From Kudoa neothunni (lineage: Eukaryota > Animalia > Cnidaria), in contig OZ199839.1 of the NCBI GenBank assembly GCA_964304625.1, forward strand, positions 8,526,560-8,590,559: 64,000 nt of DNA, in the 5' to 3' direction. Positions 1 through 11,824 of this stretch are shown here, piece after piece. Position 1 is the first letter of the stretch, and every line of letters starts with the position of its first letter. The notes beneath the pieces are model-generated. The model saw only the letters and a program-made list of their open reading frames with translations, was not told the origin of the DNA and ran no database searches. The position numbers and the translations under genes were made by a program.

Positions 1-82
1 ATAGGAATAAACATTCTGAGCTTTAATACTATTAGGTTATTGTCTAATGAAATATTCGGCCAACAAATAATCTCAATATTAC

Positions 83-3000
83 ATGGAACTTATGTGGTGG
101 TTGATGTTGTTGGGTTACGCCAATTTAGCATTTACTGAAGAAAGAAACGCTTTGTTTGGAGAAATAAACTCGTTCATTCTCAAATCGTATGATAAATACA
201 AGACACACACATACGGCCCTCCGTTGTTTGGCTACGCAATAGCTACTCTTTCTAATGACAGGCAATGGATGTGATTCAAATTAATATTAAGTTTCTAGCA
301 GGTTAATTGTATCGTCACCATTGGCATTCACATCAAGATCAAACGTAACTCCTACAGGTAGGGTGTTTATATGTTCGTTCCCTAAAAATGCTGGTGTGGT
401 GAACACATGTGACCAAAAAGTGGAAAATTTGGAAGGTAATCGAATACTGTTATATTTTTTTTGATTATTTTAAATCTTAAGAAAAATATACGCTTCACCC
501 AAAGGGTGCTCTTCTGATTGGCTATACTATTAAATCGATTGAAGAGGATTTAATTTATGTACTATAATATTTTTAAATTTCCAATCAATTGTTATATAGA
601 TATGTAGCGCAAATTCTATTTTTTTATATGATTTTGAAGAAAATAAGCGACCGTGCTATGTGTATGATGTGAAAGACAATAAATTAGCGAAGGGTGCACA
701 TCCAAGTAAATTCCTTTTTACATCATTCCTAATTAATCTGAACGTTTTCTTTTATAGATTATGAACGTGATATTACGGGATATTCTGCTTTCACTTATGG
801 CAAAAATGGCTGCATCTTACTTGGGCCAGGAATAATTGATAAAGAGTAATATTCTCCTGTCTATACGTGCTGAATTATTTTATTTTAATAAATAGTAATT
901 TTTAAATTATTATTTAGGGATAATTATTGGATTAAATAATAAATCTCAATTAACTATAATGTATTCAAATAAAAATCAAAAATTTATGAAATAATATATG
1001 TTTATCTATTTATCTAATAAGTTTAATAATTAATGATAAAAGTTTTTTTCGCATTTAATCAGATAAAAATATTATGCTTAGTGATTTTAATTTACTTTAT
1101 AATTTATAATAATCATAAATACAGAATTTTCTAATAATTGTTATATTTAAATGTTTTCATGCAATAAATAACCAGTTTTAGGCAGTTCTCCAAAAAACAT
1201 ACATACTTTAAAATTTTCAATGAGTAGACATATATTTTAATTTAAGAATATTATTTTAATTTTTTGTGGGAAAAATTAAAAGTTAGATAATAGCCCAATT
1301 ATACATCACGTGATCAAAAAATTTTCCCATAGTTTCACATATTTACATTGTATGTTGGTGGTTTTTTCTTCGCGGTAGCTGTTTAAATTAAATTAAAAAT
1401 TATGTAATTAAATATTTTTATTCCTTGAGGTGAAAAATTTGTTATATTGCAATCTAACATTCAAAAAATGTGTAAAGGAATTGTTCGAATGTAACGAAAA
1501 TTTATATTTGTCTTTTTAATATAGATATTTTTATGATTTTTGACAAACTTGATTAGTGAAAATGTTATTTTGTTGACTATCACGTCTATAAATTGATCGG
1601 ATGAGAGAAACTCAATTTTATAAATAGTTGTATGTTTAACTGAAACAAGTATATTAATAAGAAAACAAATTATAGCGAGGCCACCACCCATGATCTAATT
1701 TTAGGCTATTTTTAAAGCCTCCAATAATTATGCAGTGATAGTTATTTGGTAATATTTGCGTTATATAATTAAAATTTTTAACATCAAAGTAATTTCGGAA
1801 AATTTTATGTAGTTGTGAATAAAAAATCTCTTTTATTTTTCAATAAGAACGTGAAAATATTTAACTGGAATAAAGATATATTATCATACAGAAAGGTTTT
1901 GTTCAAAATTAATATTCTTTTAATAAACAATGTTCAAAGCGCGATAAAAATATTTGCTCAAAAGTTCAGACACTTAAAACTTCGTTACAACAAGTAAAGT
2001 AGTTTAATGACTAATTCTGCGCTCATTTATATACACTATAGAAAAGATTACGTAAAGATGGTTATCCATTTTATATTAATTTTAATTTATAATTATGGAA
2101 ATTATAATAAATGATTAGATGTCTTTATAATTATTTTAAAGGTGGTAAATTTCGATATTTAATCCATTTCATATTATTTTTGATTAATATATTATTTTGA
2201 TATATGAATAAAATATTTGGCACAAAAATATTTGGTCACTGCTTATAATGATGATTTAGATATAAATTTATTGGTTATTTTTGCTACAACAGAACAGGTC
2301 AAGGGGTTAGCACGGTCGAAAAACCTCAACTCTTCAAAATACATGCAAAACGTAAGCTTTATATCTATATAATACAATTACATATTTTAAATACAGCTTG
2401 AAAAAGGTTTCAATTTTTACCATTTTATTTTAACTTTAATGAAATAAATATTAGCAACGAAAATCAGAAATAAGTAATAGGGTAGATTTAGATTTAATAT
2501 AAAATAAAATAAATCAACCATTAAAAACAGTTTTATAACTAGTTTTTATTAATGTATTTTTTTCTCGTAAACATATTTTGAATATATTTTTTAATATTTG
2601 TGAGTTTAAATACTTTTTATTAATTAAAATTTTAATTCAATATTAATTACATAACGATGTATTTAAAATAAAGTTAGAGATCGATACAGCAAACAATAAT
2701 TCAGTATAATGAGCCACATTTTATTTGTAGGAGAGAATGATTCACATTGATTGCTGATTAATAACCAGATTACTTATCAAAATAATCCCATTAAATTCAC
2801 AACCTTACAAATAATCAATCTAACTTATTTTTTGAAATAAAAATATTAAATGAGTAATATTTTGTTAATTCGTAATCGACTCTTGGCTGTAAACAAAATT
2901 TAATTCGTTTTTTAAATTAAGGTTAGTTAATAATCCGACCACCGACGATAGAAGACATTATTTGGTTATTTACTTTGTATTAAGTGAAATTACAAGCATT

Positions 3001-6000
3001 TAATTTTGGAAGTCGAAAAACAGGATGCAACAATACTGAATCATGCACAAAGAAAAATATGTCACAAATTACATTTTTTATAAACCCCATTTGAATTAAT
3101 TTAAATGAATCGTCATAAAAGGACTATTCACACGCATTAACCCTCCAATGGATTTGGGGTGTATTACGTTCCAAACCACATTTAACTTGAGCATAAAATT
3201 TTCCAACCTTCTCATGGAAAATTGAAATTTACGATATTCTCCTACATTATTTATTAAACGCATCATATACTAAAAACTTGGCTAAAATATAAGTTCAGGT
3301 CGTCCAACAAAAATTCCATCCTCTAACGGGCTTGGAGCGAAAACAACCCATGGTTTTTAGGTTATATTAACTTTAAAAATTAGAAATAATTCAATGAGAA
3401 ACTCCTGTAAAATTCCATTGACAAATTTCCAAGAAAAATTGAAATTAATATATCACCTAATCCAATGCGGCATTCTTGGTCGATCGCTCGAGAGTTTCGG
3501 TCGGTATAATATTTAGGTTCTCATATCATATGGACGGGGGAACATCGATTTTGTTGTTTATGTCGGGTTCTAATAACTAACAAAAGTTTATTTTCGAATT
3601 ATTATATTGAATAATACTTACTAGAGGATTTTATTTTAATTATGCGCCAATTTGGGTTATGTAGAAAAATGGGATTATTTGAGCAAGAAGCTTGAACTAG
3701 TTAGACCATTCTGTTGGATGAATTAAGATGAGCACTTTTAGTGAATTTTTTGACGATATCCACTCTCTTGGTGGTGAGTTAGAGAATAACTTGTTTTTTA
3801 CACTATTTAAAGTAAGACCTCACTCACCATTCGTTGAAAATAATCCACGATGTTTGAGCCAAACCAGATTAAGTTTTGTAACAGATGTAAATATACCCCA
3901 AATTCTATCGATATAATCTACCAAAAATTCTCAAATAAATTCAAAATTGTTTTTTGAGTAAATTTAAAAAAAAAGCCTGGGGCGTTTTTCACCCCAAGTC
4001 CATTAAACATTAAAGGGTGTAATTTTTAGCTAGCTTATGGGACTAAACAATATATAGTCACATTAATTCATTAATTCATTAATACCGATAAAAATTTCAT
4101 TTGTATTTTTATTATGTGAGTTAATTTTTTTTACAATTATTTATTTAAATCAATTTCATTTATGAAAATTATGTAATTTTTATATTATTATGTAATTCTT
4201 TTATGATTATTTCAGACAACGCGCCTTCGTTCATTCGTGTTTCATGCCAAAATTTAGGCATGGTATTTAACTCGTGAAAACACGACTCGAACTAATACAC
4301 GAAAGTGCATTATCTTGATTATTTATTAATTTTATTATTGATTCAAACTTTTAATTACTATTGATTCAATTAATATATATTCAATTATTTGTATTTTATT
4401 ATAAAAATTTCAATCTTATTCAATAAAAATTTAAATATTTAGCTACCAAGGACATTTCTTACTTTAAAGCAGGAAATTACAGTAATTTATAGTCGATGCA
4501 TGCCGTATGCACTATTTTTAGCTGTTTATCAAGCTGCCACTCCTTATGCAATCAATTCCGCTAATTCAGTAAACTATGTTCAATTTGTTTTCAATACTAC
4601 AATAAAAAACAGATATATGTTATTTATTACAACACATACGTCGACCGCAATGCATCTTTTTACAAATTGTTGCCTGACGACGTCGGTTCGGTAAGATTTT
4701 AAACTATGTTAGAGATTCTTTGTGTATTTTGAACGGTTAGCGAAACTCCCACATTGGGGATTCAATAATCACAATGGAATTAGAAAAAAAGTATTTTCAA
4801 ATTACAATCAAAACCTTTATTAGCTTATTAAAATTAGTAAATTTATCTCCATATACACTGCACCATATGTGAGTGCCTCAAAAGGGCTTGTGCTTAGTAA
4901 GACCGACCTATCCAGATATGACACCAATACATCTATAATATGGGGTGAAAAAAGGGGAGATTTGTTTGGATATTCGATTTGTTTGATTGGAAACGTGGAT
5001 GGTCAATACGGTCAAGGTATATGCAATCATTGTGGATTAATAACCATTTACATAACTGTAGATCTTGCTATCCTGGCCCCCTACGCCGGGCCAGATCAAA
5101 CTGGTGTCATCTATATTATTAGCATTTTAGATGACCATATTCACAACGAATACTATTCAGTAATGATATTTTCACCTTAATTTCTTAACACCTAATTATT
5201 ATATCAACTTATAAAATAAACAATTAGAAAACATTGTTAAAAGACTACTATCCTGACTTAAATAATGATGTGATCGTGTATAGTATTTTTGGTGGTTATG
5301 ATGTAAATAAGGACGGAATAAACGGTGCTTTTAAAATTTATATCTCTTGTAATTATCACAGTATAGATATTCTAGCTTCGGTGTCAACAGATGATGGCTC
5401 GATTCGTGGATTAATGTGAAATATTTTAAATAAAATTTAATTGATAAAAGCAATTATAGATTAAGGTTACCTATGAATGTAACGGTTGAAAGTAATATTA
5501 CCACCTTATTGTTTAATTTTCCTGGCGACAAATGCAATATTGATCATCCAAATTACTTCTGGTATGTATTAAATATTATTCATATACTCTCTTGTATTCT
5601 AATAATATATTTAGTAATAATTACAGGATTAAATTTTTCATTTCGTTCGATAATGACTCCTTTTACGATATTCACAAGGTGGGAGACCAGAGTAATTGTT
5701 TTTATTATTCGATCATGTGTAGTATTCATACAGAATTACAATTTTCAATTAAAATCCTACCACACATAAAGTTAAAACAATATTACAAATTACTTAACAA
5801 CAATATTCTCGCTACGGAATATTTAAATGAGGTCTCCTTCAACAACTATACATCCAATAAAACATTATACGGCTACCTTAATTTCACCATCGGTGCCAAC
5901 CAGTACATGAACTTTGATGAAATGGATAATGTAAAATTGGAAATTTCACTAAATAAAATATTAAAACGACCCTTCGAACCAAACTATTATGTTATTTACA

Positions 6001-7562
6001 TGGAACCTTTTCGCCATATTGTTAAAATGAAGTCAGACATATGTCCAATGAGGAGTAGTCAATGTGGCTCTAAGATTGAACTTGTTAAGGCTTCTTATCA
6101 CGTGGAAAAGTTATTTATATTTGAGTGCGATCAGAATAACATAATTTCATAATAGTTCCAATAAATCTCTTATTTTTGGAAAAATAAATATTTTTTCCCT
6201 AAAATTCAGTTTAATAAATAAAGGTTCGCCAACATATGGATTAGGGATGGGATTAAAATATTCCTTACATATGAAGTTATTATCTTGCTTCTCCGATGGT
6301 TTTACCGTAAAATTATATTTCATTACTCTTCTAATTGAATGTATTTAGATTAGCCATGTTTTAAAATACGACCAGGATAATACAACCTCCTTGTGGTTGT
6401 TTATCAAAGGATATTTTTCAGAAAAGGTATTTATTCGTGTTTTTTTCTAATCACATATACAAAAGATGGACATAAAATGTTTTATGAGAATCCAAAATGG
6501 CAAAGGATCCGAAATAATTAACTATTTAATGTGAATTTATTTATTGATTATTAGCATAATTGTATTCTAGGTACGACTCTCTAAAGTATACTAAAGAATC
6601 AGAAATTGTAACGGACAGAAAATTCGAAATACCTTGGTCATGCCTCTCAAATGTTGGAATACAATCGTATTATATAATAATATATCGCTTAATTAATTAT
6701 TTATTTATTTATTGTATAAGATATTGCTATATTTTTATTCAAATTTTTTGTAATAGAGTCTATCCAGAAAAAAACAATCCATATGGTTGGTTTCCAAGTA
6801 TCAAATAGGGTTTTGAAGCATCGTATTATAGTAATTATACAATAATGTTATTAGGATTAATATTTACTATTTACAGGTGAATAATTTGGGACCCTCTGAT
6901 TTGAGGGAAGCCAACCTGACGTATATGAAAAAGAATTATGAAGACCAACTAAAAACCATAAATATCTCTTATATTGGAGTATTTTCAATGAATATAATTA
7001 TCGATATAAGTTTTTACAATATAGTGTGACGATATAATATATTTTAAAAATTCGAGCGTTATTTCGAGTTGCGAAACCGAAGACTGCAATAATACTGCTG
7101 AATATTTTCAATGTGTGAACATAAGTATTGAAAGGTTTAAACCTATCGAGATAGAAATATTTTTTCATGTGCTGAATAATTCGATCCCTTCATTTGTATA
7201 TAATTCTTTTTGCAGCATGAAGAAAAATATCTTATAGATTAAAACATCAAAAATGTTGGACATTCAAGTGGAACTTAACGTATCTGCTACTGTTTGTGAT
7301 ACAGTGGGAGATCCTGTAACGGTAATTTCAATTAAATCAACATATTCTCACCATAATTATCACTTACCATAGACTAATTTGACACTCGTCGGTTCGCTTA
7401 AAGAAAAGGTAAAGCTGTGGATATTGTTATTAGCCATATTTGGTGCAATTCTATTCGTGATTCTTGTGGCATTGTCTCTTTATTTTGTAACTCTATTAAA
7501 AAATTGGTAATTCATGAAGTATTTTTTAGGGTGGAGCATTCAAAAAAAGAGCCAGTTATTAA
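83..7562 (+). CDS. Integrin alpha-like subunit, paralogue 1 (multi-exon, >20 introns)
   Basis: Signal peptide MELMWWLMLLGYANLAF; FG-GAP blades (LFGYAIA..LIVSSP..GRVFIC; LFGYSICLIGNVDGQYGQDLAILAPYAG; GGYDVNKDGIND); calf-like exon with VNNLGP; TM LWILLLAIFGAILFVILVALSLYF; tail GGAFKKRASY-TAA (7560-7562). Intron positions match paralogues 2 and 3. Two introns are enlarged (846-2259, 2352-4442). Confidence 0.9.
3141..4017. mobile_element. Non-autonomous piggyBac-like element inside an integrin intron
   Basis: Left end TTAA|CCCTCCAATGGATTTGGGGT; right end ACCCCAAGTCCATT..AAAGGG|TGTAA (imperfect TIR, degenerate TTAA target). Confidence 0.55.
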
Positions 7563-8702
7563 TTTCGATACATTATAACCAAGAAAAATGATTGATTGAT
7601 TGATTAATTAATTAATTAGCATATTCAAGTTATATTTACGTCAATTTTTGTTCATTAGGGGACATTATATCTACAATTTAATTAGTTTTTCTATTTACAT
7701 TTTCTCTTTTAAAATTATTAACGAAAAAATAATATTAAAATATTTCTTTGAATCAAACAAATAATTAAAAAAACAATTATTACAATATTTATCTATATAA
7801 TAGAGTAAATAATGTATAAAAAAATATTTTTTTATGAAAAATAATATTTCCAGTTTTGACAAATTTATATACACCAATTGCATCAAATAAGTATTTTGTA
7901 TTGTTATTTATTCAAAATGAGTCCATTAAATTCGTCGAATATTATCAAAATCAAAAAATTTAATTATTATAAAATTTAAAATATATTTAATAATTCGAAA
8001 TATGTTTTATTTTGTTAAATTCCGAATTATTACATTTAAAAAAATAATCCGAAATTAATTAAGAAATCTCGCTTTCGAAATATCATTGGGGATGGAAAAA
8101 GCATGCGTAAAATTAGCTATTGAATATTGTGCGCGGACTGTACCTTTCTTAAAGTCTTAATTGTAAGGAAAATAATATTCTTTATCTTATTAGGTTATTC
8201 TTGTCGAAATTAATTATCTCCCCAAAGATGCCGGGCATTCCAGGATATTTAAAACATTTGTTTTAACTAAACAGTTCCTCAAAAATGATAATATTTTTAT
8301 CAAATAATGAGTTTCACTCTGTTTAAGGATGGATTAATATATATTTTTGTGTTTCAAATGTTTGTTTAGAGTAAATTTACCCATATCAGGGTAGGAGAAA
8401 TTATTCCTGGATATTTAAATCTTTAATTTACTTATTAAAGACTTTTAACTCCTATTAATTTAAAAAATATTGTCACTAATAAGCTCTCTAATAATTTAAT
8501 TAAAGGTATAAATATAGTTTATATTTTTTTACCATTACCCCTCCATCCCCCTATAGCAATAATTTCTAATCCTGGGAGCATAACTGTTTTTTGCACAAAT
8601 ATGCTTTAAAAGTTATATCCACCTGTTGATACATGAATAAGTAGAGTTTTTCCCCAATTTGTATTACTTTAAGCAGTCAAGTTGGAGTTAGGCGGGATGC
8701 GA

Positions 8703-8803
8703 AATTTAATAACTCCCCCTTGCGCTTTGTTTTATCTCTGTTTATTTAAAAATTTTTAAAAATACAAAAAAGAAGAAAACAGAATGCGGGGAGTCATCAA
8801 ATT
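8703..8803. repeat. ~100-bp fold-back palindrome (small MITE-like)
   Basis: AATTTAATAACTCCCC ... GGGGAGTCATCAAATT ends, with T-rich and A-rich complementary inner halves. Confidence 0.45.
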
Positions 8804-9216
8804 ATTATGATTCCTAATTTTTTTTATTAATTCTCGAATAAAATGCCGTCAGCATACATTATGTCTGCGTCTATTTTTCAAAAAATAATGACATATTATT
8901 TTATTGCCAGTCCTTAAAATTCCAAGTTGTTAATTTTTCTTGAAAACAGTTTTAATCATTCTTAATTTAAATTTATACCAGTCAACCTTTTATGTAAGCT
9001 TTAAACGTCTTATTAGATGTTATCCTCTCAATAATGTTTTGTCTATTAACTATAAACCGCATAAAAGTACATTACAGTCTAATCAAAACTTATTTATATC
9101 GTTATTATTTAGGCAGATTATTTGCGTAAGAAAAATATAATCATTCTTTGATTAACAAATTATTATAGTCTAGTTTTTACAGTTAAAATAATAAAACCGG
9201 CCTTACGACACATTGA

Positions 9217-10700
9217 TAATGGTAAAGTATGTGACTCCTGCAAAACACCATATTTCATGCGCTTTTACTTTTTTTACGATTATCAATAATAAATCAAAAC
9301 AATATTGAGTGCAAATAAATTACTTCTAAATTTTTGTTTAATTCCTATTTGACTACAGTCGGATTCACGTGTAATCCACATCGTTTGTCAATAAACACCA
9401 AAAAATTATTGATTATTTTCCTATTTCGCAAATTATTCAAAATTTAAATTTTATTTTATTTTTAATAAAAATGATAAAAAAATGTTCTTTGTTTATTTAC
9501 CGCGTGAAAATCGCGGTAATGCAGCTTTTAAGTTCCAGAGGCGATGATGACTTTTCTGTTTAATTAATGATCATGATAAGTTATTTTACAAATTAGTAAC
9601 AAAGGGTTATCTTAATTCTTCTATAAAAAGATGCTTTAATTCTTGGAATTTTGAAACATTTACTTTAAAAAAGAGAAAATTACTTATCTTCTACGGAATG
9701 AAGATTTAAGGTAATTAGGGTGTAAAACAAGTTTTTCCCCTTGAAAAGGTACTTTTTCTCTAGTATAGCTTCCGTTATTTCAACAAACAAATGAACGATA
9801 AAAAATATATATTCATTTAGAAAATGCTATATCCCAAATTTTTAAGAAAATTGGGAACGAGTAAATCTTTATAAAACTAGCCACAATCTAATACATTGTA
9901 TAACACTTCAGCTGCGCGTTATCAGCATGGTAGTTGTTGCAAAGAATGATTTCGGTGTAAAATACGGATTAAAATTATAAATTATTTCATTTCAATTCTT
10001 GATTATATTCTATAACAATAATAAAAAATTATTTTATTAAATTTGTAACGTTTACTATTTTTACACTTAAGGTCATATTTAAAAAAAATAAAAAATTTAT
10101 TATTTGTAAAATTTTTTCAATTTAATATCATAAGATAAAATAATACGTACTGAAATATTTTTAATTAATGTCTTTTTCGATTTTATAACCAAAAATATCA
10201 ATTTACGATTAATATTATTATTGTTAGTTTCAATTTCGCAAATAATTGGTGCATAAAAATTACTTCACTAATAATAATGTACTAATAAAAATTTATAAAC
10301 TAAAATAAACAATTATAGATGTTACTAAATGGTTTAGAAATTAATTTTGCATTTAGAAATAAAGATAGATGACGCATTACTTTTAATATTAGACAAGTTT
10401 ATTTAGAAGACTTACTACGCTAAATTTGGTATTTTAATATTAAGAAAATTAAAATATTGATAATTATACACTAATAAGAATATACTAAGAAAATAATGAG
10501 CTATTTTTTGGTGTTTATTGAAAAACGATGTGGATTACACATGTATCCGACTGTAACCGAATAGGAATAAGGCAAAAATTTAGAAGTAATTTATTTTAGC
10601 TCATTACTTTCACTCAGTATTCTTTTTATTTATTAATGATTATCGTGATAAAAAAACTCACACAAGATGTTGTTTTTATGGAGTCACTACTTGACCATTA
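9217..10700. repeat. Degenerate long inverted repeat (~190-bp arms 9217-9406 and 10503-10700, ~1.1-kb spacer); probable long-TIR non-autonomous transposon
   Basis: TACAGTCGGATTCACGTGTAATCCACATCGTTTGTCAATAAACACCAAAAAAT pairs with ATTTTTTGGTGTTTATTGAAAAACGATGTGGATTACACATGTATCCGACTGTA; similarity continues out to TAATGGT..GTGACTCC. Confidence 0.75.
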
Positions 10701-11824
10701 CCCGATATATTTGATTTGAAGCTTTATTAAAAAATTGAAACAATTTTAATATAATAAGAAATAAATAACATATTGTTGATTTTATGAGTAATATTTTTTA
10801 ATATTTTTAAAAGCAAATATCACATTTTAAGTTCTTATTATAATAGAAATCTATTTAAATACACTTCTGGTTGACTGAAGGTAATTGTATATTGGTTAAT
10901 GGTTTTGATTGATTTTTCAATTCAGAATTTTCACAATTTTACAAAAATTGGTAGTTTTTGCTGTTATTTAATAAAAAATCCTTGAGATATAAAATTTTTT
11001 TTTAATTGGCAGTTAATAGTTAAAAAAAATAATATAAATTAAATTTATTAACTAACATTCGTAATTTAATAAATGAACAATAATAATTATTGATTGTCAT
11101 TTTATTATTTTGATGCCTGTTTAATAAAGTTTTAATAATTTGAATTATTGCTTAAACTAAAAATAAATGTTTAATCCGAAAAGCCAAAATACAATGGGAT
11201 TTTTCTGTTTGATTTCACATATCGCTTCGCTTGAACTCTGGGATTTGTCTAGTGATCAGGGAATTGTGTTAGATGCGCGTAAATATATTTATTATCATCA
11301 ATGGGCAAGAGTTATTTGCTTTGTGGTTTTGACTTCATTTAAATATAAAAGAATATTTGCAAAAAGGCGTAAAAAGTTTGAATAATTAAAAAAATTTTTT
11401 AATTACATAGATCAATATTTAAAAAATATATAAAAAGATCGCTTATAAATAATTTATAGTATTAATTTGATAAAAAATAACACAAAGATATTTTATAAAT
11501 GTAATTAAAAAAAATATAGATACATTTTTGAAAATTAAAACATTTGAAAATTGTTCATACATTCTCCTGAGTTGTATAATTCCCCCTTGTCCAAGTTCAT
11601 ATATTCCTAAAAATGACAAACGTAATAATTAGATATTAATTTGTTTTTTACAATGAGAATTTGGTTAAACTTAATATTAAATTAACTAATACACAAAAAT
11701 TATTAAACTAGATAAAATTTATAAATAAAAAATTAAATAAAATGCGCGTGATCAACTCCCAATCGTATATAGTAATTCTTATGTTGCCGATCAAAAACAC
11801 ACGTTAAAATCGTATTACGTCAAA

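Noticed and set aside
4212-4318. Short imperfect palindrome as a structured ncRNA (similar case at 52158-52277)
   Set aside because: Pairing is weak, with no tRNA/snoRNA boxes; more likely MITE debris.
1461-11385. Short I/F/K/N/Y-rich ORFs (1461, 1815, 7695, 8940, 11167; likewise 21243, 25682, 55687, 61842, 63498)
   Set aside because: Composition matches random AT-rich non-coding DNA; no motifs or splice-consistent neighbours.
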